Counted from the stretch's first letter, positions 45,152-54,737 are shown. The stretch is 64,000 nucleotides of DNA from Bacilli bacterium (GCA_022791775.1 JAAVZT010000003.1:38980-102979), one strand, 5' to 3'. The notes: generated by a model from the sequence alone, not told the origin. Program-made: numbers and translations.

Positions 45152-46117
45152 CTAAGATTCTTGAATTTTTTGCGTATTTTTAAAATTTAACTTAGCAATT
45201 TCTCGTAACTTTTCAAAACCATATTTTTGAACAATTTCTTTTCCAATTTGATCTACCACATGATTCGCACCTTTAGGTAAAGTAATTTGAATATTTTTAC
45301 TCATTTCTTCCATTTGCATTAAAAAAATGTATCTGCTAATACAACTAGCAGCAGCTACACTCGCACATTTGCTTTCGGCTTTCGTCGTAAAAGTAATATT
45401 ACTAACAATATCTTTCGCCTCTTTAATATGCTCAAAATATTTTTTGGGATATACAAATTGATCTACTACAATTCGATCAGCTGGATAATTTCTTTCTTTT
45501 ATTTGATATAAAACTTTGTTATGTAAAATGGCTTTGATTTGATTCATATTATATCCTTTTTCCTGCCAATTATTATAATCTTGATTATTCAGTGTATAAG
45601 TAACATATGGAATACGTTTGATAAGTTTTGGAATAATTTTTTTAATTTTATCATCCGTTAATTTTTTAGAATCTTTCACTCCAAGTTCATCTAAAAAAGC
45701 AATATTTTCTTTCGAAACATAAGCAGCTGTTACTACAATGGGGCCAAAAAAATCGCCGGTGCCCACTTCATCGGATCCAATCGTACTTTGATAAAAATAA
45801 CAACCATTTTCTTTTTCTTCTTTTTTCTTCGGTTCGTTAATATCAATAACACGTTGATTTAAATGTTTTTCCATATCTACCCATAGATGAGCATCAACAT
45901 CAGCACTCACGCCTTGAAACATAGCTTTACCAGATTCATAAAGCGTAATGATAGTATCAGCTTCTTCCGCCTGAAAAATTGCATAGGGTGGAGTTTTCGG
46001 TCTCATTTTATCTTTATAAAATTCTTTCATTTTTTCTTGCACATTCTTACTTACTTGAAATACGATTGTCATAAAACACCTCAAAACCATTTTATCATAG
46101 TTCAAAGATTCTAACAA
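45152..46117 (-). CDS. rnhC: ribonuclease HIII
   Basis: N-terminal TBP-like domain plus IGSDEVGTGDFFGPIVV catalytic motif. Confidence 0.85.
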   Translation of the reverse strand: MLESLNYDKMVLRCFMTIVFQVSKNVQEKMKEFYKDKMRPKTPPYAIFQAEEADTIITLYESGKAMFQGVSADVDAHLWVDMEKHLNQRVIDINEPKKKEEKENGCYFYQSTIGSDEVGTGDFFGPIVVTAAYVSKENIAFLDELGVKDSKKLTDDKIKKIIPKLIKRIPYVTYTLNNQDYNNWQEKGYNMNQIKAILHNKVLYQIKERNYPADRIVVDQFVYPKKYFEHIKEAKDIVSNITFTTKAESKCASVAAASCISRYIFLMQMEEMSKNIQITLPKGANHVVDQIGKEIVQKYGFEKLREIAKLNFKNTQKIQES

Positions 46118-46206
46118 AAAAATATATATTCTGACAAAAAAAGTTATTTCGTGTTTTCTTTTTCAAATTAATATAATATAATGAAATAGGAATAGGAGAG
46201 TATCAT

Positions 46207-46920
46207 ATGTTTTCAATTGTAGATGCTATTATCATCTTATTTTTACTTTTAGGTGCCGCTATTGGATTTAAACGAGGCGTAATTAAAAGTGCCACAATAT
46301 TTATAGGAATCATTATAGTTATTGTATTGTCCTACTACTTAAAAAATCCTCTTTCCAAATTAATGTATACTTACTTGCCATTTTTTCAATTTAAAGGATT
46401 TTTAGAAGGAGTAACCGTATTAAATATTTTAATTTATGAAGCATTAGCTTTTTTGATTGTATTTTTAATTTTAAACACGTTATTACATGTAGTGATTAAA
46501 ATTACAGGAATTGTGGAAATGATTCTAAAATTCACAATTATTCTTGGCATTCCATCCAAAATGTTAGGTGCTATTTTTGGACTTTTAGAACAATTTATTT
46601 ACTTGTTTGTATTTTTATTTTTATTATCTAGATTAAGTATTACAGCACCCTATATACAGGAAAGTATGTTAGGAAATAAAATATTAAATAGTACGCCAAT
46701 ATTATCAAATGTAGTTGAGGCATCTTATCAATCATTTCAAGAAATTTATAGTTTAAAAGAAAAATATCAAAATACACCAAATAAAAATGAATATAATAAG
46801 GAAGCTTTAGACATACTATTAAAATATTCAATAATTACTCCAGAAGGAGCGGAAAATTTAGTGGAAAATAAAAAATTAGATATAGATGGTGTAGACGATA
46901 TCATTCAAAAATACAAATAG
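46207..46920 (+). CDS. cvpA: CvpA-family membrane protein
   Basis: MFSIVDAIIILFLLLGAAIGFKRG is the CvpA N-terminus. 4 TM helices. Sits in the conserved position next to rnhC. Confidence 0.8.
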   Translation: MFSIVDAIIILFLLLGAAIGFKRGVIKSATIFIGIIIVIVLSYYLKNPLSKLMYTYLPFFQFKGFLEGVTVLNILIYEALAFLIVFLILNTLLHVVIKITGIVEMILKFTIILGIPSKMLGAIFGLLEQFIYLFVFLFLLSRLSITAPYIQESMLGNKILNSTPILSNVVEASYQSFQEIYSLKEKYQNTPNKNEYNKEALDILLKYSIITPEGAENLVENKKLDIDGVDDIIQKYK

Positions 46921-46924
46921 GAGA

Positions 46925-47218
46925 GTGAATATGATTAAATATTTAAAAGAAGAAAAGTTAGAAAACCTTGTGCAAGATGGAACGCACATTGTTGATTTTT
47001 ATGCGGATTGGTGTGGTCCATGTAAAATGCTTGGAAGTGTTTTAGAGAGTATGGAAGATGTTAGTATTATCAAAGTAAATGTAGATGAACATCCAGAATT
47101 AGCCACTAAATTCGGAGTAATGAGTATTCCAACCATTATTATTTTTAAAAATGGAGTAGAGACCAAAAAACAAATTGGCTTTGTAAATGCGGATACTCTT
47201 CGAGAATTATTAAAATAG
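46925..47218 (+). CDS. trxA: thioredoxin
   Basis: WCGPCK active site. Confidence 0.85.
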   Translation: MNMIKYLKEEKLENLVQDGTHIVDFYADWCGPCKMLGSVLESMEDVSIIKVNVDEHPELATKFGVMSIPTIIIFKNGVETKKQIGFVNADTLRELLK

Positions 47219-47224
47219 CGGACA

Positions 47225-47590
47225 TTAGTCCGTTTTTTTTATAGATTCCACTACTTGCTTTGCAGCCAAGCGATAACTATGCATTAAGCCTCCAGCCCCT
47301 AACTTTATTCCACCAAAATAGCGCACCACAAAAATAGCATGATTACGATAACAAGAGTTTTCTAATACATAAAAAATAGGAGTGCCAGCTGTGTTGGAAG
47401 GTTCTTTATCATCACTTTTGCCAGCAGTTGTATCTAGAAAATACGCATATGGAATGTGACGAGCCTTTTTATGTTCTTTTTTTAACTGTCCTAAAATAAC
47501 TTTTATTTCTTCTTTAGCTTGGATATGATAAAAGTAAGCAATAAATTTTGATCTTTTTACTTCCAAAGTTACCGAATTTAATAATTGCAT
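47225..47590 (-). CDS. IMPACT/YigZ-family (UPF0029) protein, N-terminal domain only
   Basis: RYFGGIKLGAGGL motif. Confidence 0.7.
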   Translation of the reverse strand: MQLLNSVTLEVKRSKFIAYFYHIQAKEEIKVILGQLKKEHKKARHIPYAYFLDTTAGKSDDKEPSNTAGTPIFYVLENSCYRNHAIFVVRYFGGIKLGAGGLMHSYRLAAKQVVESIKKTD

Positions 47591-47689
47591 AGTATCACCT
47601 CATCCAAATTATAACGATTTAGAAACCATTCGTAAAGTTATTAGAAAAAAAAGAAAGAAAATTCAAAATTATAGTATACTAAAACGTAG

Positions 47690-49486
47690 GTGATTTTTAT
47701 GTTTAAAGATAAATTAAGTCTTGTACCTCATTTACCAGGATCTTATCAAATGAAAAATAAAGATGGGATTATTATTTATGTGGGAAAAGCAAAAGATTTA
47801 CATCGTCGCGTCTCATCCAATTTTAACAGAGCGCATACTGGAAAAACGGCTAAAATGGTGAGTGAAATAGCTGATTTTACCTATATTGTCGCAAATAGTG
47901 AAACAGAAGCCTTTATCATCGAAATCAACTTAATTAAACAGTACGATCCAAAGTACAATATTTTACTAAAAGATGATAAAAGTTATCCCTATATCGAATA
48001 CATTGCGAAACCTTATCCCAAATTAAAAGTATCTCGTTATTTGAATATAAAAAAAAGAGATAACAAAAAATTATTTGGACCATACCCCAATGCCTATGCA
48101 GCTCGTAAAATTGTCAACTTATTAAATCGGCTCTATCCCTTAAAAAAATGTGATCAAAATCCCAAAAAGGTTTGTTTGTATTATCACATCGAAGAATGTT
48201 TAGGCTATTGTGAAAAAAATGTAGATAATATCAAACAAACAAATATGGAAAAAGAAATTTTAAGTTTTTTAAATGGGAATGATAAAATATTAACAGATAA
48301 AATTAAAGAAAAAATGAATTTATATAGCGAAGCATTAAACTTCGAAATGGCTTTAGAATTAAAAAAAGAACTAGATTACATCAATATTGTGTTAGATAAA
48401 CAAAAAGTAGAATTACATGATTTGACCAATCGAGACATAATAGGTTATTTTTTTGACAAAGGATATATTAGTATGCAAATTTTCTTTATAAGGAATGGAA
48501 AATTGGTAGGAGGACATACAGATATTTTTCCAGTAATTAGTGAACCTACAGATGAAATAGAAACATATATTTTAAATTTTTATACTCGTCATGAAATACC
48601 GAAAGAAATATTAATGTCAATCGATTTAAAACTAGAAATTTTAGCTTCGATTTTAAAGACAAAATGTCTATATCCAACGAGAGGACCAAAGAAAAAATTA
48701 CTAGATATGGCTCAATTAAATGCTAAAATAAATTTAGAAAATGAATTAGAATTAACTTTAAAAGAAGAATACAAAACGGAAGAAGCAAATCAAGAATTAA
48801 GAAAAATACTTAGATTACCTATTTTAGATCGGATTGATTTATTTGATAATTCAAATTTATTTGGAGACTTTTCGGTAAGCGGAATGGTTGTATTTAAAAA
48901 TGGAAGAGAAGCCAAAAACGAATATCGAAAATATAAAATTAGTGTAGATAAAAATGACGATTTTAATACCATGAAAGAAGTAGTTTATCGTAGATATTAC
49001 CGGGCTTTAGTAGAAAAAAGTGAACTCCCAAATTTAATTATTGTAGATGGTGGCATCAATCAAATAAATGCCTGTAAAAGCGTTTTAGAAGAATTAAATT
49101 TGAAAATAAAAGTTTGTGGTCTTCGAAAAAATGATAAACACCGTACGAATGATTTAATTGATGGCTCTACTTATGAAGAAATTCCGATCGAAAAAAATAG
49201 CAATGTTTTTCACTATTTAACACGAATGCAAGATGAAGTGCATCGCTATACCATAACATATCATCGAACCATTCGAAGTAAAGGAAGTATTAGTAGCATT
49301 TTAGATAATATAGAGGGGATTGGAACAAAGCGAAAAAAAGAACTAATCAAACGTTTTGGTAGTGTTTCAAAAATGGAACAGGCTAGGTTAGAAGACTTAG
49401 CAGAAATTTTACCTACAGATGTGGCTCTAAATCTGCAAAAGTTTTTAAAAAGTCGAAAAGAAACAATAGAAAAAAAAGCAAGTTAG
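47690..49486 (+). CDS. uvrC: excinuclease ABC subunit C
   Basis: GIY-YIG N-terminus (PGSYQMKNKDGIIIYVGKAKDL), UvrBC region, RNase-H-like endonuclease domain and C-terminal HhH. Confidence 0.9.
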   Translation: MIFMFKDKLSLVPHLPGSYQMKNKDGIIIYVGKAKDLHRRVSSNFNRAHTGKTAKMVSEIADFTYIVANSETEAFIIEINLIKQYDPKYNILLKDDKSYPYIEYIAKPYPKLKVSRYLNIKKRDNKKLFGPYPNAYAARKIVNLLNRLYPLKKCDQNPKKVCLYYHIEECLGYCEKNVDNIKQTNMEKEILSFLNGNDKILTDKIKEKMNLYSEALNFEMALELKKELDYINIVLDKQKVELHDLTNRDIIGYFFDKGYISMQIFFIRNGKLVGGHTDIFPVISEPTDEIETYILNFYTRHEIPKEILMSIDLKLEILASILKTKCLYPTRGPKKKLLDMAQLNAKINLENELELTLKEEYKTEEANQELRKILRLPILDRIDLFDNSNLFGDFSVSGMVVFKNGREAKNEYRKYKISVDKNDDFNTMKEVVYRRYYRALVEKSELPNLIIVDGGINQINACKSVLEELNLKIKVCGLRKNDKHRTNDLIDGSTYEEIPIEKNSNVFHYLTRMQDEVHRYTITYHRTIRSKGSISSILDNIEGIGTKRKKELIKRFGSVSKMEQARLEDLAEILPTDVALNLQKFLKSRKETIEKKAS

Positions 49487-49535
49487 CTAGCTTTACGATT
49501 TCGAAAAGGTTTAGTATAATAAATAAGGTGAAGCA

Positions 49536-50684
49536 ATGAAAAAAATAACCTTAAAAAAAGACTATAGCATTAAGTTAAAGAGTCAAATAACAAAACATTT
49601 TATGCCGCAGTATGTTTACTTACCCATTCCAAAAGAAGATGAGTTATTCTCTAAAATACAAGTTAAAAAAGAAGAAAAAATTTCTAAATACTTGGTTTCT
49701 CCTGTATCAGGCAAAATTGTAGGTATAAAATATTGTCAAAATGCTTTAGGGGAAATTTTAAAATGTTTAACGATTTTAAATGATTATAAAGAAACTTACA
49801 TCAAACGGACATCAATTCGAAAAAATATTCAACAGTTAAGCCTAGAACAAATAGTGTTAGAATTAAAGGAATATCAATACCATGAAATCGCCGAGAAGCT
49901 TTGGCAGCAAAAAAATGCTAAAATACTTATTTTAAATGGAATCGAAGAAGAACCTTATGTTGCCAATGAAATTTTTTGTAATTTAACGAATCCAAGTATT
50001 ATGTTAGAGATGCTAGATGCTCTAAAAGAAATGAATACATATGAAGAAGTAAAAATAGTAATAAAAAATACAGATCGAGAAAATATTGAAGCATATCATA
50101 ACTTTTTAGGTACTTATCCAAATATGGAGCTTGTATTGGTACCCGATTTTTATCTCGTATCAGAATTCTTAGAGGATTATATGGAATTAAAAAAAGATTA
50201 TCTACTTCTTAAACCCAGTGAATTAAAAATAGCCTATAATGTTTTAAAACGTCGTCATTATCAAACCGAACACTTATTTACAATTAGCGGTGATGGCATT
50301 ACCAATCCCCAAATGATAGAAGCAAAATTGGGAAGTTCTGTTACGGAAATTATGCAAACATATATTCATTTCAAAAAAGAACCATTGAAAATATATATAA
50401 ATGGTATAATGAGAGGAAGAATAACTTCTCTAGAAAATATGATTGTAACTCCAGATCTGCAAGCTATTTTAATTATGAAAGAGTCAACAATTGAAGAAAA
50501 ACTTTGCATTAATTGCGGAAAATGCTATCAAGTTTGTCCCAAAGGATGTAATCCAAGAGCATATTTAGAAAATCGGAATAAAGAAGCCATAAAAAATTGT
50601 ATAGATTGTGGATTATGTTCTTATATATGTCCATCGTTTATTAACCTAAGAAAGGAAATGCAAGATGAAAAGAGAGAAGAATAA
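49536..50684 (+). CDS. RnfC-like protein (degenerate): N-terminal barrel-sandwich domain, ILILNGIEEEPY in place of the NGAECEPY motif, and two 4Fe-4S ferredoxin motifs at the C-terminus
   Basis: VSPVSGKIVGI resembles RnfC_N. CINCGKCYQVCP and CIDCGLCSYICP are two CxxCxxCxxxCP clusters. The Cys of the ECEP motif is replaced by Glu. Confidence 0.5.
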   Translation: MKKITLKKDYSIKLKSQITKHFMPQYVYLPIPKEDELFSKIQVKKEEKISKYLVSPVSGKIVGIKYCQNALGEILKCLTILNDYKETYIKRTSIRKNIQQLSLEQIVLELKEYQYHEIAEKLWQQKNAKILILNGIEEEPYVANEIFCNLTNPSIMLEMLDALKEMNTYEEVKIVIKNTDRENIEAYHNFLGTYPNMELVLVPDFYLVSEFLEDYMELKKDYLLLKPSELKIAYNVLKRRHYQTEHLFTISGDGITNPQMIEAKLGSSVTEIMQTYIHFKKEPLKIYINGIMRGRITSLENMIVTPDLQAILIMKESTIEEKLCINCGKCYQVCPKGCNPRAYLENRNKEAIKNCIDCGLCSYICPSFINLRKEMQDEKREE

Positions 50685-51627
50685 TCGGCCTTACTTAACC
50701 CAGTTTCAACCAAATGAATACCAAAAATATATAACCTATTCCTTAATCTTTTTGCTATGCTATGGTTTTTATAAAAATGGACTTTTACCAATCTTTCATC
50801 AGGACGCCAATATTTGGTATCTACTAAAATTAATGATTTATCCAATCGGAGGCTATCTTTTTGGAAAAATATCAGAAAAATATGGAAAAAATCAAAATGG
50901 CTTTTATGCATTTTACGGATTATTGATAGGAATGAGTATGCCCATTCAGCTAAATTGGTTGCTATTTCTTCTAATATTAGGAATATTATTTTGGCTTTTT
51001 CAAATCTTTTTAGCAAACATAAAATGGTTCAGTCCCTTATTACTAAGTAGAGGTATTTTTTCGCTTTTGATTGTGATAAACTCAGTATCTTTTTTAAATC
51101 CAAGCGAAGGAAATCAGGAAATGGTGTACACCACCTTAGACATATTTTTTGGTAGAAGTATTGGAGGAATTTATACTACAAGCATTTTTTGGCTTTTTAT
51201 TACTTTTTTAATTTTATGTTTTCATGATTTGTACAAAAAAGAAATCCCTGTTTTTGTTTTAATAACCTATATCATGAGTGCTTTATGCTTTGAAATTTTT
51301 CTTCCAACTGGAAATCTTCTTTTAACTATCTTAAATTCTTCCACCATTTTTGCAAGTATATTTCTAGCTTCGGAAATAGTCTCTGCACCCTATATAGATA
51401 AAAGTAAATGGACTTATGGAATACTAGTTGGTTTCTTTGGGTTTCTGTTTGTTCGCTTTATAAATGTCCAAGAAGGGATTTATTTAAGTCTAGCCTTATG
51501 TAGTTTTCTTCCTCCTTTATTGGATAAATGGTTTTATCATAGGCAAAAAAAGAGAAGTTTTGTCGATTCATCAAAGCCAAAAATACCTTTTGCAAAAAAT
51601 AACCTTCCAAAATTAAAAAAATCTTAA
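50665..51627 (+). CDS. RnfD/NqrB-like polytopic membrane protein (divergent)
   Basis: Position directly after the RnfC-like gene (overlapping by 20 nt). 8-10 TM helices. The FMN-attachment and Gly-rich RnfD motifs are not evident. Confidence 0.4.
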   Translation: MKREKNNRPYLTQFQPNEYQKYITYSLIFLLCYGFYKNGLLPIFHQDANIWYLLKLMIYPIGGYLFGKISEKYGKNQNGFYAFYGLLIGMSMPIQLNWLLFLLILGILFWLFQIFLANIKWFSPLLLSRGIFSLLIVINSVSFLNPSEGNQEMVYTTLDIFFGRSIGGIYTTSIFWLFITFLILCFHDLYKKEIPVFVLITYIMSALCFEIFLPTGNLLLTILNSSTIFASIFLASEIVSAPYIDKSKWTYGILVGFFGFLFVRFINVQEGIYLSLALCSFLPPLLDKWFYHRQKKRSFVDSSKPKIPFAKNNLPKLKKS

Positions 51628-51755
51628 ATAAATTTTCTTAAATCGTCAAAAAAAGGACTTTAATTTTATAAATTAGAGTCCTTTTTTCATGTCTTTACAA
51701 ATAAAAAAAACGATTTTATAGTATGACTGCGATTCGCAAATAGAAAGGAAAAATT

Positions 51756-53198
51756 ATGAAAAAGCTATTAAAATATCTCTTGTTGGGAGTTGGAATTTTT
51801 TTCATTGGGAAAGAAATAAGTTCTGCAGGAAGTGCTTTTTATTTAGAGCCAGCACCAAATGGATTAACCTATAAGATTAACAAAGGCTATAAAACAGTAA
51901 GACTTTATTTTCAAATGGTGCAAGATCGGATAACAAAAGAATATATTTATTGTTTAGAACCAGGGGTTCAGTTAAGTAATCAAACATATGAAGAATGGAA
52001 TGAATGGGATTACAATAAATTTAACTTAAGCAAAGAGCAAAAAGATTTTATTGTAAGAGTAGCATATTATGGTTATGGATATCAAAATCATACTAGCCTA
52101 GATTATTACTATGCAGCTCAATTATTAATATGGGAGAAAATTATTCCAAAAGATTGGGACATTTACTATACAACATCTTTAGACGGAGAACGCATTTTAC
52201 TTTATCAAAAAGAGCGAGAAGATATATTAACTTTAATTGAAAATGATCAAAAAAATTCTGCCTTTGAAAATCAAGTATTTGAGTGGAATGACAAAGAATC
52301 TCTTTATATAGAAGATCAAAATGGAGTGTTAAAAGATTATCGGCTTTTAACCAATTCAAGTTGGAAAATTACTCATAGCGGAAATTCGCTTCAAATTCAA
52401 AATACAAATTTACAAGAACAAGTTTTAGAATTTGAAAAAACATATGAAGGAGAACCTTTAAAATTTTATTGGCAAGAAGAAGGTCAAAAGGTATTAAAGC
52501 GAGGAAGTATCATTCCAAGACGATTTCGTATGACGCTAAAGCCGTTTCACATAAAGTTAGAAATAGATAAACAAAATGAAGAAAAAGAACCACTTGAAAA
52601 AGTTTTGTTTCACTTATATGCTAAGGAAGATATTAAAGATAAAGAAGAAAATATTCGTTTCCAAAAAAATGACAAAGTAGCAGAAGGTTGGACTGATCAA
52701 AACGGCAAAATAATTTTTGATAATTTATGGTCTGGAAATTACTACTTAAAAGAAATGGAATCTCCTAAGGATTACCAGTTATTAGAAGAAGACATACCAA
52801 TTACATTAGAAAAAGAATCAAAACATATCGTCATTCAAAATGAAAAAAAGAAACAAGATTTAATTCTTCAAAAAGTGGATAGCGATTCCAATGTTCCGTT
52901 GTCAAAAGTACGCTTTCAAATCAAAAATGCTCAAGAAGAGATCGTGTTTGATGGTCGAACAGACGAAAACGGGCAAATAATTTTAAAAGACCTACCAGTT
53001 GGAGATTATATAATTTTGGAAATAGAAACGATCGAAGATTACATCTTATTAAAAGAACCGCTTCGGATTACTTTGAACGGAGAAACATCGAAAACAGAAA
53101 TCAAAATTACTAATCGTAAAATAAAAAAAGTTCCAGATACCTACCAAAAAAGAATATGGATAGAATGGTTTTGGATTGATAGGAAAAGATACACATGA
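51756..53198 (+). CDS. secreted adhesin/pilin-like protein: signal peptide, putative thioester domain (YCLEP...AQLLIW), CnaB/SpaA-type domains and a C-terminal non-canonical sorting signal VPDTYQ + hydrophobic segment + DRKRYT
   Basis: CnaB signatures WTDQNGKIIFDNLWSGNYYLKEMESPKDY and TDENGQIILKDLPVGDYIILE. The C-terminal architecture mimics an LPXTG sorting signal. A sortase gene lies downstream. Confidence 0.6.
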   Translation: MKKLLKYLLLGVGIFFIGKEISSAGSAFYLEPAPNGLTYKINKGYKTVRLYFQMVQDRITKEYIYCLEPGVQLSNQTYEEWNEWDYNKFNLSKEQKDFIVRVAYYGYGYQNHTSLDYYYAAQLLIWEKIIPKDWDIYYTTSLDGERILLYQKEREDILTLIENDQKNSAFENQVFEWNDKESLYIEDQNGVLKDYRLLTNSSWKITHSGNSLQIQNTNLQEQVLEFEKTYEGEPLKFYWQEEGQKVLKRGSIIPRRFRMTLKPFHIKLEIDKQNEEKEPLEKVLFHLYAKEDIKDKEENIRFQKNDKVAEGWTDQNGKIIFDNLWSGNYYLKEMESPKDYQLLEEDIPITLEKESKHIVIQNEKKKQDLILQKVDSDSNVPLSKVRFQIKNAQEEIVFDGRTDENGQIILKDLPVGDYIILEIETIEDYILLKEPLRITLNGETSKTEIKITNRKIKKVPDTYQKRIWIEWFWIDRKRYT

Positions 53199-54169
53199 AA
53201 AAAAATTTATTAATCATCTTTTGTTTTCTTTTTCTCTTTTTAAAAAATACGAAAGCTAGCATGTTAAATTTTCATGTCACAGAATGGGTTCCAACTACTT
53301 ATCAAATAAATGATACATTAACTTCATTTCAAATTTATCAGAGCAATAATACAGAGCATTTTATGTATCAAGTAAGTCCTTTAGAAAAAATAAAATACCA
53401 AACAGATTATAAACAAAGTTCTCATTTAGAAGAAATGGATCGCACCGAATTAAATAAAATTAAATATTGGATTAGCGAGACCGAAAAATCAGAAGACATT
53501 AATGATAAATATTACTTTTATGTTAATATTCAACTTCTGATATGGAAACTCTTTCACCCCGACATTGAGGTGGAAATGGTAGGAAATAAAGAGTTGGTCG
53601 AAAAATATTATGATAAATTATTATTACTTCTTCCGAATCCACCAAATTGGGTACATGACTATGAAATGCAAGAAGAAATCATCTTAGAAGTCAGTGACCA
53701 ATATGAGATTATTTCAAATCAGTGTGAGGTAGAAAAAAACGAAAACCAAATCATTTTAACCAAATGTGAAGACAATGCCAAAATTGAAGTAAAAGAAAAA
53801 GGAGAAGATACCATCTTAGCGTTAGAAGATAAAACTGGAGAATTAAAAGTATTAGAAGGAGGAAATTTCCCTTGGACTTGGGAATTTCAGATCCTGCCTT
53901 CTAAACGGCCTGAAATTCCAGAAGAAAAGCCAAATCCTCCGATAAAAGAGGAAGAAGAAAAGCCAAATTCTCAACCGGAAGAGAAACCAGAGGACTCCAA
54001 TGACAATTTAAATTCGGATAAAATAGATAAGTCAGAAAATTTACCCAATCAATCAGAGTATGAAGAAGAAAAAAGAGTAATTACAAATGTTCCTAATACT
54101 TATCAAAGTTCTTTTGAAATTTTATGGCTCTTTCTCTTCCTCCTAGGAATTTATCAGTGGAAAAAATAA
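53195..54169 (+). CDS. paralogous secreted protein with a C-terminal VPNTYQ sorting-signal-like tail and a Pro/Glu-rich linker. It lacks the thioester Cys (YQVSP instead of YCLEP)
   Basis: Shares ...TYQIN..., ...QLLIW... and the C-terminal (K/N)VPxTYQ + hydrophobic segment + KK with the upstream gene. PEEKPNPPIKEEEEKPNSQPEEKPE is the stalk-like linker. Confidence 0.55.
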   Translation: MKKNLLIIFCFLFLFLKNTKASMLNFHVTEWVPTTYQINDTLTSFQIYQSNNTEHFMYQVSPLEKIKYQTDYKQSSHLEEMDRTELNKIKYWISETEKSEDINDKYYFYVNIQLLIWKLFHPDIEVEMVGNKELVEKYYDKLLLLLPNPPNWVHDYEMQEEIILEVSDQYEIISNQCEVEKNENQIILTKCEDNAKIEVKEKGEDTILALEDKTGELKVLEGGNFPWTWEFQILPSKRPEIPEEKPNPPIKEEEEKPNSQPEEKPEDSNDNLNSDKIDKSENLPNQSEYEEEKRVITNVPNTYQSSFEILWLFLFLLGIYQWKK

Positions 54170-54699
54170 AATATTTTCTGATCTTGCTTCTGATTTTTCT
54201 TTTATTTTGGGGATCAAGTATCAATTTCAGCAAAGAAATATTAAGAACTGAAACTCAGCAAAAAGACATGAATGAATATCTAAATCAAACGAATAATCAG
54301 CCTTTATTTGGAATTTTAGAAATCCCTAAAATTAATTTAAAACAACCCATTTATCCCAAAGATGACCCAAAAAATCAAGTGGATAAAAATATTACACTTT
54401 TAGAAGAAGACGTAACTCAAAATGTACCAAACCCAGTTATCATCCTGGCCTCTCATTCTGGAAATGGTCCATATGCATACTTTAAAAATTTGACATCCTT
54501 AAAAGAAGGAGATGCCATTTTTTTATGGCTAAAAAGCGAGCAAAAAGAATATCGGTTGATAAAGAAAGAAGAAGTAATGAAAAATGAAACCCTATATGTA
54601 AAAACATTTTCTTTTTCTCATTTAATTTTAATAACTTGTAGTAAAACAAATTCGAAAATTCAAGAGATATATTATGCCAAATATATTTCAAATAAATAA
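54124..54699 (+). CDS. srtA: sortase (class A-like transpeptidase). The probable start is the GTG at 54157
   Basis: Aligns by eye with S. aureus SrtA: GILEIPKINLKQPIYPK, LASHSG (His), FKNLTSLKEGDAIFL, LILITC (TLxTC catalytic Cys). N-terminal TM anchor KIKYFLILLLIFLLFW. AGGAA lies 9 nt before the GTG. Confidence 0.8.
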   Translation: MALSLPPRNLSVEKIKYFLILLLIFLLFWGSSINFSKEILRTETQQKDMNEYLNQTNNQPLFGILEIPKINLKQPIYPKDDPKNQVDKNITLLEEDVTQNVPNPVIILASHSGNGPYAYFKNLTSLKEGDAIFLWLKSEQKEYRLIKKEEVMKNETLYVKTFSFSHLILITCSKTNSKIQEIYYAKYISNK

Positions 54700-54737
54700 A
54701 AAATGCAAAAAAAATGGTTATTTTGCATTTTTTTGTT
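54700..54737 (+). terminator. rho-independent terminator after the sortase gene
   Basis: aaaatgcaaaa / ttttgcatttt 11-bp stem followed by T-run. Confidence 0.6.

Noticed and set aside
49490-49500. The palindrome agctagct after uvrC, as a possible regulatory site
   Set aside because: It is only 8 bp and not followed by a T-run. Too short to call.
53890-54000. A short Pro/Glu-rich repetitive stretch (EEKPN-type units) in the second sortase-substrate paralog
   Set aside because: It is a low-complexity stalk or linker, common in wall-anchored proteins. It is not an independent element.
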